DNA of 64,000 nt, taken from NCBI GenBank assembly GCA_963764825.1, contig CAVXUA010000010.1:45010-109009 (forward strand). The letters run 5' to 3'. Below the pieces are notes generated by a model, which searched no databases, was not told where the DNA came from, and worked only from the letters and a program-made list of their open reading frames with translations. Positions 43,799 through 53,098 of this stretch are shown piece by piece. Both the position numbers and the translations under genes were made by a program. The stretch's first letter is position 1. Each line of letters opens with the position of its first letter. Source of the stretch: an uncultured Ignavibacteriales bacterium (GTDB lineage: Bacteria; Bacteroidota; Ignavibacteria; Ignavibacteriales; Ignavibacteriaceae).

Positions 43799-44040
43799 CT
43801 TTATTTACCTCTTCTTAAATGGCATTTATTCTCAACAATTATTATTCAGTAATACTTGTTCTTCTAATTTAATAGATTAAATAATTTAAAACTTCCTACT
43901 ATTTTAATTTATGATAAATTTTGAATAATACAATTTATTTAATTCTGGTATTGAATAAATTTTACCAAACTCTTTAAACTTGCCAATAATTTAACCATAT
44001 TTAATTTACATTGATAATAAATTCTAAACAGGAGGAAGTT

Positions 44041-44820
44041 ATGAAAGAGGAACTTTCACTTGAATTTGAAAATAACGATTTCAGATGTTCTGTTGATGGA
44101 GAAATTGCAATCGTTAAAGTTAAATGCAACGCATTCTACTCGCTCACCGATCTTGATATAAGCCGCAGAATATTATACTGGTTCGATCTTGTGGCAGAAG
44201 AAGATAAAATTAAAGCAATCCTAATACTTAATGAAAAGGGATGTTTTGGTAATACTGCATACGAGGTATTTTTATCCAGTGTAACCGGTAAAGATTTTTC
44301 TTCTAAAAAACCGTACGAAATTTCATCCGGAGAGAGAGTAAACATTCGCGCCCGAGAAGTGAACATTCTAAACAGTTTTATTATGGCTACTACAAACTTT
44401 CGCAGGTTGGTAGTATCCGGACTAAATGGAACAATAGTAACACCTTTTTTTGGTGCCAGCTTAGCATCCAATTTCAGGTTTGCTTCTAAAGATTGTGTAA
44501 TCTCTTTATCTCACGCAAAATATGGTTTACGCGCAGGAGGAGCTTTGCCGTTCTTCCTTCCCAAATATATTGGATTAGGAAAAGCTACTGATTATATATT
44601 TAACGGGGGTGAAATCCCTGCAAAAAAAGCAGTCGATTTAGGATTACTCAATAAGTTACTTCCTGAAGAAAATTTTGATGAAGCCTGCATTAAAGAAACC
44701 AGGAAACTTTGCACTGCTGGAGCCAGGTATTTACGTTGGACAAAGGAATTACTCATTCCCTATAAAAGGGAATTAGTTGATTACCTTCATCAAGAAGAAA
44801 AGTTTATTGAACACTATTAA
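44041..44820 (+). CDS. Enoyl-CoA hydratase/isomerase (crotonase) superfamily protein
   Basis: AGGAGGAAG SD 3 nt before ATG 44041. 'VSGLNGTIVTPFFGASLASNFRFASKD' aligns with the crotonase oxyanion-hole region. Divergent member of the family. Confidence 0.65.
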   Translation: MKEELSLEFENNDFRCSVDGEIAIVKVKCNAFYSLTDLDISRRILYWFDLVAEEDKIKAILILNEKGCFGNTAYEVFLSSVTGKDFSSKKPYEISSGERVNIRAREVNILNSFIMATTNFRRLVVSGLNGTIVTPFFGASLASNFRFASKDCVISLSHAKYGLRAGGALPFFLPKYIGLGKATDYIFNGGEIPAKKAVDLGLLNKLLPEENFDEACIKETRKLCTAGARYLRWTKELLIPYKRELVDYLHQEEKFIEHY

Positions 44821-44880
44821 GAGATATAAAATTATAAAGTAACAGTGAAATTAATCGCAGGCACTTTTGTGTAGATCATT

Positions 44881-45996
44881 TTAATACCAAAAATGAAATT
44901 GTAATACAAATGAATCATTTGGAACAACCGGATCTTCAATTACAAACCTGTATTGAGGTCTAACTTCAATAAAACTATATGGCATAAATTCAAAACCAAG
45001 TATTAAGTGAGCAATATCATCTTTATCAATAGCTATATCAGGATCCAACCAATCATAACGAGCATAAGCTTCCAGCCCTATCATAATAACGTAAGCAGCT
45101 TCTACCATAAGCATATTTGATTCAGTATTTAGTGATAGAAGATCGTTTGCTCTATCGAATTCTGCTAAAACTGAAAAGTTTTCATAACCAATTCCTGCAA
45201 AACCACCATAAAAATTTGTTGTTCTCGGTACCTTTGCGGCTGCATATGAACCACCGAATAAAAATCCAACTTTTCCAATTGCAGGATCAAATTCCAACCT
45301 TGCAGTATATGTAGGATCTTTAGTAAATGTTCGGTTTGCAGATAAGTTTGATCCGGCGCTAGCAGTTAAGAATGCCCAATCACTAACGTAAATTCCAGCT
45401 TCCATTCCTGCCTCGGTGTAAAAAGGATTGTAAATTAATCCCTGCCTTGCTCCATTTGTAAATAGCAAGAAAAAATCACCCCCTCGTGTATAAGCTGTAT
45501 GATCATCTGTGCGTATTCCAAAGTTAGGTTGAAACGACCCTGCTTTTATATAACCATTATTTGGCAAAATGTGAGCAACACCGTATGCTTCCCAAATTTG
45601 CTGGACGAAATCATACCTAGAAAGAATATTTATTTTTTTCGCTAAGGCTACATTTAGATAAATCGAGCCGGTCATTTGCTGGAAATCACTTTTCTCCTTT
45701 TCTTCAGAATATAAAATTTGGGTTCTGTAATCGAGCCCGAAAGAAATGTTATCTCCGATTTTTGGAGTCATGGTAAAATCTTTATCACGTGGTGAAATCA
45801 AGCTCAGCATGTTCTTCCCAAAATGCCAGCCGTTTTCGTTTCTAATAATTCCACCTGTTGGATTATAATGGCAGTCAATACATTTATCACTTAATCTGAC
45901 TGCAAACCTAGGTAATGAAAACGCTTGAGAACTTAGAAGGAAAAGTAAAATACACCAAAAAAATACTTTCAGAAGTTTCATTTTAATCCTTTTCAA
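44881..45996 (-). CDS. Predicted outer-membrane beta-barrel protein with an N-terminal CxxCH motif
   Basis: Signal peptide 'LLFLLSSQAFS'. 'CIDCHYNPTGG' lies immediately after the cleavage site. Amphipathic beta-strand pattern. C-terminal 'LQFHFWY' is an aromatic OMP terminus. Confidence 0.55.
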   Translation of the reverse strand: MKRIKMKLLKVFFWCILLFLLSSQAFSLPRFAVRLSDKCIDCHYNPTGGIIRNENGWHFGKNMLSLISPRDKDFTMTPKIGDNISFGLDYRTQILYSEEKEKSDFQQMTGSIYLNVALAKKINILSRYDFVQQIWEAYGVAHILPNNGYIKAGSFQPNFGIRTDDHTAYTRGGDFFLLFTNGARQGLIYNPFYTEAGMEAGIYVSDWAFLTASAGSNLSANRTFTKDPTYTARLEFDPAIGKVGFLFGGSYAAAKVPRTTNFYGGFAGIGYENFSVLAEFDRANDLLSLNTESNMLMVEAAYVIMIGLEAYARYDWLDPDIAIDKDDIAHLILGFEFMPYSFIEVRPQYRFVIEDPVVPNDSFVLQFHFWY

Positions 45997-46246
45997 TAAA
46001 ATATATGTGTGACCACACGCAACAATGCTAAGATATAATATTAATTACTTCATTCCAAATATTTGCGGTTATAGAAATAATTTTTGTCATATCAATTACA
46101 TTTTTTGATGAATAGCAATCACTGTTTATTTTTATAATTTTATAAATAAACAGGGATCATTTTAACTTTTTATAATATTCCTGCAAATCATTTCTTATCT
46201 TTATACGTCTTTTTTCAAAACATTAAATAGTTCATTTTCTGATCAA

Positions 46247-46924
46247 ATGTTAGACAACAATAAAATTAAATTGTTAAAGGGCGCTCTAGCAAACCAACCT
46301 TCTGTTTTAGCGAAGGATAAGTATTTCAACTCAGCAGTTCTTGTTTCGCTGCTGTTTATAAATGATGAGTGCAATTTTTTATTTGAAAAAAGATCCGGTA
46401 ATATACGGCAGGGCGGGGAAGTGAGCTTTCCAGGGGGAGAAATTGATGCTCAACTTGATAATAATTTAAAAGATACTGCAATACGAGAAACCGTTGAAGA
46501 ACTTGGAATTGTAGTAGATCAGGTGGAAATTATAGGAGAAATGGGCACACTTGTAGCGCCGATGGGAGTTACGGTTGATCCCTATGTAGGAAAACTCGAT
46601 ATTAATTCTATTGAGGAACTGCATATAGATTCTAAAGAAGTTGAAAAAGTATTTACAATCCCGGTTTCATTTTTTTTGGAGAATCAGCCAAGTACTTATT
46701 ATATAAATCTACGAGCTCATCCTTATGAAATTGATGATGAAGGAAATAAAATTGAGCTATTGCCTGTAAAAAAGCTTGGCTTGCCAAATCGTTATGCTGA
46801 TCCCTGGCGGAAAGCACGGCATCGGGTTCTTATTTATAACACTCCTGGCGAAATTGTTTGGGGTATAACAGCAGAAATTGTGTACGAGTTTTGTAAACTA
46901 ATTGTTGATTCTGAAATATGTTAA
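46247..46924 (+). CDS. NUDIX hydrolase (CoA pyrophosphatase-like)
   Basis: Nudix box 'GGEIDAQLDNNLKDTAIRETVEELG'. Confidence 0.85.
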   Translation: MLDNNKIKLLKGALANQPSVLAKDKYFNSAVLVSLLFINDECNFLFEKRSGNIRQGGEVSFPGGEIDAQLDNNLKDTAIRETVEELGIVVDQVEIIGEMGTLVAPMGVTVDPYVGKLDINSIEELHIDSKEVEKVFTIPVSFFLENQPSTYYINLRAHPYEIDDEGNKIELLPVKKLGLPNRYADPWRKARHRVLIYNTPGEIVWGITAEIVYEFCKLIVDSEIC

Positions 46925-47595
46925 ATAATATTTTAAAGTACGATCATATAATATGGGATTGGAATGGAACGCTTCTCAATGATGTCGAATTGTGCGCTTC
47001 TATAATGAATGGTCTTTTAAGAAAAGAATCTCTTCCTGAAATATCTCTAAATAAATACCGCGAAATATTTACGTTTCCAGTTGAAGAGTATTACAAACTC
47101 GCAGGGCATAACTTTGAAAATAATTCGTTTAAGAATCTTGGAAGAGAATTTATGCTTGAATACGAAGAGAGAAAAAGTGATTGTGTTTTATATCCATCTG
47201 TAATTGAGTCTATGCAGCTTCTACAGTCGAAAGGGAAAAAACAATATTTACTTTCAGCATATAAGCACGAAAACCTTGAAGGAATCGTTAGATCGTTTAA
47301 GATAGAGAGCTATTTTGAGCATGTAGCCGGGCTGGATAATATTTATGCGGGAAGTAAATTGGAACTTGGAAAAGAAATGATTAAAAAGATTAATCCAAAC
47401 GGTGGTGATGAAAATATTTTATTGATTGGAGATACAGCCCACGATCTGGAAGTTGCAAATGAAGTTGGTATTGATTGCGTGCTTATCTCCGAAGGACATC
47501 AAAATAAAGAGCGCTTGTTGAGATTAGGAGTTTCTGTTATGAACAACCTTACGGAGTTTAAAGAAGTATTATTAAGAGAAGGAAAAAACAATTGA
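46918..47595 (+). CDS. HAD-superfamily phosphatase (phosphoglycolate phosphatase-like)
   Basis: 'IIWDWNGTLLND' (DxD-type motif I with W), 'LSAYKHE', 'LLIGDTAHD'. Overlaps the NUDIX stop. Confidence 0.75.
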   Translation: MLNNILKYDHIIWDWNGTLLNDVELCASIMNGLLRKESLPEISLNKYREIFTFPVEEYYKLAGHNFENNSFKNLGREFMLEYEERKSDCVLYPSVIESMQLLQSKGKKQYLLSAYKHENLEGIVRSFKIESYFEHVAGLDNIYAGSKLELGKEMIKKINPNGGDENILLIGDTAHDLEVANEVGIDCVLISEGHQNKERLLRLGVSVMNNLTEFKEVLLREGKNN

Positions 47596-48140
47596 TAACA
47601 ATTTCCATTATGGCAGCTGGTTTAATTCTTATATGGTTTATAATTATTTATAATCTTTTTATAAGAAACAGGAACTTAATGAAGGAAGCGTGGAGCGGAA
47701 TAGATGTGCAGCTAAAGAGAAGGCATAATTTAATCCCGAATCTTGTTACAACTGTAAAAGGTTATAGCAAACACGAAAGAAATTTATTTGAGGATATAAC
47801 AGAAAAGAGAGCTAAATCAACACAGGTTGAAAATATTAAAGATAAATCTACTGCCGAAACTGATCTATCGGGCATGTTAAAAAACTTATTTGCTGTTGTT
47901 GAAGATTATCCTGATTTGAAAGCGAACGAAAATTTTCTTGATCTTCAAAATCAATTAACTGAAATAGAAGACCAGATTCAATTATCAAGGCGATATTACA
48001 ACGGAACTGTAAGAAATTTTAACATAAGAGTAGAATCATTTCCAAATAATATCATTGCAGGCATGTTCAAGTTTCAACCTGAAGAATTTTTTGAAATTAC
48101 ATTTGCAACCGAAAGAAAAACTCCGGAAGTAAAATTATGA
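47592..48140 (+). CDS. LemA-family membrane protein
   Basis: N-terminal TM helix. 'IDVQLKRRHNLIPNLV', 'YPDLKANENFLDLQNQL', 'RRYYNGTVRNFN..ESFP'. Confidence 0.9.
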   Translation: MITISIMAAGLILIWFIIIYNLFIRNRNLMKEAWSGIDVQLKRRHNLIPNLVTTVKGYSKHERNLFEDITEKRAKSTQVENIKDKSTAETDLSGMLKNLFAVVEDYPDLKANENFLDLQNQLTEIEDQIQLSRRYYNGTVRNFNIRVESFPNNIIAGMFKFQPEEFFEITFATERKTPEVKL

Positions 48141-50083
48141 TCTATAAATCTTTGCTCCTTTCTGTTTTATTAATTCTTATTTCAATTACCTTTTCATATT
48201 CAGCTGGAAATCATTTCAATAACCGCGAACGAATAATTTCGTATGACAGCGATATTACCATTAACAAAGATGGTTCGATGGATGTTGTTGAAGTAATTAA
48301 AGTTCATAGCGAAGCTGTGAAGATTAAACGTGGTATTTTTAGAGATTTCCCCACTAAGTACGAAGATAAATATGGAAACAACATCGTAATTAAATTCGAA
48401 GTGATTGAAATCCTTCGTGATGGGAGAGGGGAGAGCTATCACACAGAAAGTCAATCAAACGGAGTTCGAGTATACATAGGCGATAGTAATGTTTTCTTGA
48501 AATCGGGTGATTACTCTTATACAATTAAGTATAAAACAAACAGGCAGATAGGTTTTTTTGAAGACTTCGATGAACTTTATTGGAATGTTACAGGCAACGG
48601 CTGGGATTTTGTAATTGAAAATGCAAGCGTGGTTGTTAATCTTCCTAATGGTATAAACCGAAGTGAAATTAAGATTGATGGATTTACCGGTTACCAGGGT
48701 TCAGCGGAAAAAGACTATAAAGGTGAAATATTAAGCAGTTCCAAAGTTAAACTGAAAACTACAAGAAAGTTAAATTCTACAGAGGGTTTTACTATCCTTG
48801 TTCAATTTCCTAAAGGATTTGTTAACGAACCTTCAGCAAGCGATAAGTTTGGATATTTTATTCAGGATAATATTCCATCAATTATTGGATTAATAGGAGT
48901 TGTAATTCTGCTCATATATTATTCTTTAATTTGGTTGAAGGTAGGAAAGGATCCGCAGAAAGGTACAATAATTCCTCTGTTTGAACCACCATCAAATATA
49001 TCTCCCGCAGCTGCAAGATTTCTAACCGAAATGGGTTATGATGATAAAGTTTTTACTTCTGCCATTATAAATCTTGCAGTTAAAGGATTTATTAAGATTG
49101 AAGAGGATGATAGTGACTATTCCCTGGTAAAGATAGGGAACGGCAATGGAGAATTATCCAAAGATGAAAAGAAATTATATTCTAAATTATCTTTCAAGAA
49201 GAAAACATCCCTGTTTGATGGTAAGGAGAAATTGCAGTTAGAGCTTAAACAGGAGAATCACGCTGTTATTAAGAAGTCTATAACTACTTTAAAAAAATCT
49301 TTAAAAAACAGTTATGAGAAAACTTACTTTATTACAAACCTAAAATATTTTATCCTCGGTATGGTAATTTCCGTAATAATTCTTATTGCTGCTGCAATGT
49401 ATTCTTCCGCAGATCTTACATTTAGTTTAGTATGGACTACTTTTTGGAGTATGGGTGTGTCGATTTTACTTTTTACAGTTTTTAAAGCGTGGCGCGGTGT
49501 GGTTGCAAGAGGAAAAGTGAAGGTGGGAGGAATTCTAGCAGCTATATTTATAACTCTATTTTCAATTCCATTTGTAGCTGGTGAAATATTTGGATTATTT
49601 CTACTTGCAACGGAAGGTTCTCCTTTGCTTATTGTAGTTATTGGAATCATCGCTTTGGCAAATGTTATTTTCTATCATCTTTTAAAAGCCCCTACACTTC
49701 TCGGTAGAAAATTAATGGACCAGATAGAAGGATTTAAAATGTATCTTTCTGTTGCAGAGGTTGATAACCTGGTAAAAGCCACTCTGCCTGAAAAAACTAC
49801 CCAACTCTTTGAAAAATACCTTCCCTATGCTCTTGCTCTTAATGTAGAAAATGAATGGTCTGAAAAGTTTTCAGATATGCTTGCTGAGATCAACGACTAT
49901 TCGCCCGACTGGTATAATGGTGCAGCAATTAGTACTTTAGGAGCAGCAGGATTTGCATCCTCACTTGGGAGCAGCTTTTCAAGTACAATTTCGTCTTCTT
50001 CCACAGCACCTGGATCATCTTCAGGCAGCAGTGGTGGATCCTCAGGAGGAGGTGGTGGAGGCGGAGGTGGTGGAGGATGGTAA
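48137..50083 (+). CDS. DUF2207-domain membrane protein with a Ser/Gly-rich tail
   Basis: 648 aa. 'RGIFRDFPT' and 'YWNVTGNGW' match DUF2207. Central TM cluster. Tail 'SSSGSSGGSSGGGGGGGGGGGW'. 4-nt overlap with lemA. Confidence 0.85.
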   Translation: MIYKSLLLSVLLILISITFSYSAGNHFNNRERIISYDSDITINKDGSMDVVEVIKVHSEAVKIKRGIFRDFPTKYEDKYGNNIVIKFEVIEILRDGRGESYHTESQSNGVRVYIGDSNVFLKSGDYSYTIKYKTNRQIGFFEDFDELYWNVTGNGWDFVIENASVVVNLPNGINRSEIKIDGFTGYQGSAEKDYKGEILSSSKVKLKTTRKLNSTEGFTILVQFPKGFVNEPSASDKFGYFIQDNIPSIIGLIGVVILLIYYSLIWLKVGKDPQKGTIIPLFEPPSNISPAAARFLTEMGYDDKVFTSAIINLAVKGFIKIEEDDSDYSLVKIGNGNGELSKDEKKLYSKLSFKKKTSLFDGKEKLQLELKQENHAVIKKSITTLKKSLKNSYEKTYFITNLKYFILGMVISVIILIAAAMYSSADLTFSLVWTTFWSMGVSILLFTVFKAWRGVVARGKVKVGGILAAIFITLFSIPFVAGEIFGLFLLATEGSPLLIVVIGIIALANVIFYHLLKAPTLLGRKLMDQIEGFKMYLSVAEVDNLVKATLPEKTTQLFEKYLPYALALNVENEWSEKFSDMLAEINDYSPDWYNGAAISTLGAAGFASSLGSSFSSTISSSSTAPGSSSGSSGGSSGGGGGGGGGGGW

Positions 50084-50115
50084 TTATTTTATTAGATTTC
50101 GGAAGTTAACATCTT

Positions 50116-51213
50116 TTAGTTTAATAGCTTATCTGCTAGTATATCAACAATTCTATTAGAAGCTTTACCATCCCAAAGTTCTGGAATTTGTCCGGATTTC
50201 CGTTTGCCGTTTAGAATTTCAATAGCAAGCACTTCCGCTTTTTCAAAATCATCTCCAACAAGATGATTCGTCCCAATTTCTACAGTAACGGGTCTTTCAG
50301 TTGTTTTCCGTGTGGTAATGCACTGAACTCCCAGGAATGTGCTCTCTTCCTGGATGCCCCCGCTATCCGTAATGATCAATTCTGAATTACGGAGCAAGCA
50401 AAGAAAATCGAGGTAACCAATCGGATCGGTTAATAGCACATTTTCATTTAAACTTTTTATAAGCTTTTTGGATTCAAGATTTTTTCTTGTACGCGGATGG
50501 ATTGGAAAAATAATTTTCCTTTTATGGGCTATAGAGTTTAACATATGTACTATTTTCTTTAGTTGAGAATCAGAATCAACATTACTTGGGCGGTGCATGG
50601 TAACAAGAACAAAATTGCCGGGTTCTACATTAAAATCTTTTAATGTTGGCAAATGATTAGTTTGTTCCAGATGGTGAATAAGGTTATCTATCATAACATT
50701 ACCAACAAAAAATACTTTCTCTTCCGGAACCCCTTCATTCTTGAGATTAGTAATACCACTATTTTCTGTTACAAAAAGTAATTCCGAAATGGAATCAGTA
50801 AGTACACGGTTTACTTCTTCAGGCATCTCTCTGTCAAAACTGCGCAATCCTGCTTCAACATGAACAGTTTTAATATGTAGTTTGGCAGCCGTTAAGCTGC
50901 AGGCAATAGTTGAATTAACATCGCCTACAACAAGTACGAGATCAGGTTTTTCTTTTAAAAGAATTTTCTCAAACTCAATCATAACTTTTCCAGTTTGTTC
51001 AGCATGAGAGCCGCTGCCAACTCCAAGGTAAAAATCAGGTTCAGGTAATTCTAGGTCTTCAAAAAATATCTTAGACATTTTTGCATCATAATGCTGTCCA
51101 GTATGGCAAATAAGGTGGTTTATTTTATCCCTGTATTTTTGAAATGCTTTATGTATTGGTGCAACTTTCATAAAATTAGGGCGCGCGCCAACAACGGAGA
51201 TCACTTTTTTCAT
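50116..51213 (-). CDS. wecB: UDP-N-acetylglucosamine 2-epimerase (non-hydrolysing)
   Basis: 365 aa. 'GARPNFMK', 'HTGQHYD', 'GDVNSTIA', 'HVEAGLRS', 'TDSGGIQEE'. Confidence 0.92.
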   Translation of the reverse strand: MKKVISVVGARPNFMKVAPIHKAFQKYRDKINHLICHTGQHYDAKMSKIFFEDLELPEPDFYLGVGSGSHAEQTGKVMIEFEKILLKEKPDLVLVVGDVNSTIACSLTAAKLHIKTVHVEAGLRSFDREMPEEVNRVLTDSISELLFVTENSGITNLKNEGVPEEKVFFVGNVMIDNLIHHLEQTNHLPTLKDFNVEPGNFVLVTMHRPSNVDSDSQLKKIVHMLNSIAHKRKIIFPIHPRTRKNLESKKLIKSLNENVLLTDPIGYLDFLCLLRNSELIITDSGGIQEESTFLGVQCITTRKTTERPVTVEIGTNHLVGDDFEKAEVLAIEILNGKRKSGQIPELWDGKASNRIVDILADKLLN

Positions 51214-51245
51214 ATTTATTTAGCTAGTTATCTTAACAAAAAGAA

Positions 51246-51282
51246 ATCCACTACCAGTAGATAAAAAAGAATGATAGTGGAT
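51246..51282 (-). terminator. Possible terminator after the OmpA-family gene
   Basis: 8-bp stem ATCCACTA/TAGTGGAT (51246-51253 and 51275-51282) with a 21-nt loop. TTCTTTTTGTT follows on the minus strand. Confidence 0.35.
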
Positions 51283-51323
51283 TAAACCGTTAGAACTTAG
51301 ATTAAATATATTAAAATATTTAA

Positions 51324-52988
51324 CTATCTCATAAATCGCCTTCTATGCTCCCTTGCTTCATTAATAGTTTTAAAATAACCAATTCTAACCCTGTACCACG
51401 TACTTTGCAGATCGGACAAATATGATTCAACGACAAATACATTTTCACCTGCATCCAATAATCTCGCAGCTTCTCTCTCAGCTTTTTCCCTCGTTCTAAA
51501 CGCAGCTATCTGGAAACAGAATAAATTACCGTCCGTAAAAATCATTTGTCCTACATTTCTTTCAATAAAAGTATTATAATTTCCAGGTGAAAACCTCCTG
51601 GTAATTTTAGTCTCCTTTTCAATCAAATCGATTGTAACTCTCCTGTTCATAGCTCTGCCGTATTCAGTAGAATTATCTGCAACCGGATCATCTGGACCCA
51701 CACCTCTCACAATAAGACGATCTCTGTATATCCCGTTATTCACTAAATATAAGGCCACAGAAGAGGCACGTTCATAAGATAGCCGTTTATTATATGAGTA
51801 TGAACCTGTATTATCTGTATGTCCTTCTATCATCCACTTGGTGTCAGGATATTCTATCAAAACGGTAATTATTTTTTCAAGCTCGGTTTTTGCCTGGGGT
51901 AACAAATCGGATTTTGCAACTTCGAAATTTACACTTCCGCTTAGTACAAATGTAGTTACTTCTGGCAGTTCTTCAGTAACCGGACAACCCCATTTATCAA
52001 CTTTTGTCCCCGCTGGTGTGTCTGCACAGTTATCCATATAATCCAGAACACCATCTTTATCTGTATCTAACGGGCATCCTTCATCGTTAACAGGAATATT
52101 GGGCGGAGTGTCTTTACACAAATCTAGATAATTTGGTACTCCGTCCATATCAGTATCAATTGGACATCCATATTCATCAACTTTAATGTTAGACGCAGTA
52201 TTTTGGCATCTATCAAGGTAATCCGGGACACCATCCTTATCACTATCTACTGCACATCCAAACTGATCTACTGCTACACCCAACGGAGTTTTCGGACAAG
52301 CATCTGCATTATCATTAATTCCATCCAAATCAGAATCTTTAGCTCCACCAAAGTAGTATGTAATTCCACCAAAACCTGTTAAAAAGAAATCGTTATCTGT
52401 CCCGGCAACAACATCATCCAGATTATCGGTTTGAACATTATTTATATTAACACCAAGATTTAGACTTATGTTTTCAGATACTAAAAATCTCATTCCAAAT
52501 TCACCATTTAAAGTAAATTGTGTCCTGGAATAAATTTTCAATGAATTTCTTGCAAGTCGGGTCCCGCTATTATCTTTTGGATCGAAATATAGCAGGGCTG
52601 CTCCACCATAAATATATGGAACAAAGAATTCTGAAAAAGTAAATAAGTATTCCGCGCCGCCACCTAATATCCAAATCGGAGTTTTGAATTCTCCAAGCTC
52701 TGGCCTGCTGACTGTAGCACCATCAGAACCGGTCAGGTAACCAGCTCCGCCATATCCTCTTAAACCAATAGCTCCAACACGGCTTGCAGGAAATATGTAT
52801 TCAAGCGAGGCTCTTCCAAATATGTTAATACCATCTTTCCTGAAATCTGAAAATGTGTAGGTGGCACCACCTTCTAATGATACTCCAACTGTGCCGGATA
52901 ATGGATGGTTTTTATTTGAATAAGAATTTTGAGGAAAACTTTGTAATGATACGACAATACAAAAAATAACAATAAATGGATATTTCAT
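51324..52988 (-). CDS. OmpA-family outer-membrane protein with thrombospondin type-3 repeats and a C-terminal SPOR-like domain
   Basis: N-terminal beta-barrel. Five repeats of the form 'D.D.DGV.D..D.C..TP'. OmpA_C 'GHTDNTGSYSYNKRLSYERA'. Tail 'FQIAAFRTREKAEREAARL...YRVRIGYF'. Confidence 0.85.
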   Translation of the reverse strand: MKYPFIVIFCIVVSLQSFPQNSYSNKNHPLSGTVGVSLEGGATYTFSDFRKDGINIFGRASLEYIFPASRVGAIGLRGYGGAGYLTGSDGATVSRPELGEFKTPIWILGGGAEYLFTFSEFFVPYIYGGAALLYFDPKDNSGTRLARNSLKIYSRTQFTLNGEFGMRFLVSENISLNLGVNINNVQTDNLDDVVAGTDNDFFLTGFGGITYYFGGAKDSDLDGINDNADACPKTPLGVAVDQFGCAVDSDKDGVPDYLDRCQNTASNIKVDEYGCPIDTDMDGVPNYLDLCKDTPPNIPVNDEGCPLDTDKDGVLDYMDNCADTPAGTKVDKWGCPVTEELPEVTTFVLSGSVNFEVAKSDLLPQAKTELEKIITVLIEYPDTKWMIEGHTDNTGSYSYNKRLSYERASSVALYLVNNGIYRDRLIVRGVGPDDPVADNSTEYGRAMNRRVTIDLIEKETKITRRFSPGNYNTFIERNVGQMIFTDGNLFCFQIAAFRTREKAEREAARLLDAGENVFVVESYLSDLQSTWYRVRIGYFKTINEAREHRRRFMR

Positions 52989-53098
52989 CTTGGTGTCCCA
53001 TAAAGAAACAAAATGTTTATACTAATAACGCTATTTTCGCTATAAAAAGAAAGTAATACAAAATAAACTGTTGATGAAAATCAATGGTACTATGTTGT

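Noticed and set aside
49990-50083. Low-complexity GGT/GGA/GGC run that might be taken for a tandem repeat or array
   Set aside because: It is the in-frame Ser/Gly-rich C-terminal tail of the DUF2207 protein, not an independent repeat element.
51990-52330. Periodic ~70-nt repetition on the minus strand
   Set aside because: It is explained by the five thrombospondin type-3 repeats ('D.D.DGV.D..D.C') of the OmpA-family protein. It is not CRISPR-like, having no conserved repeat and unique-spacer structure.
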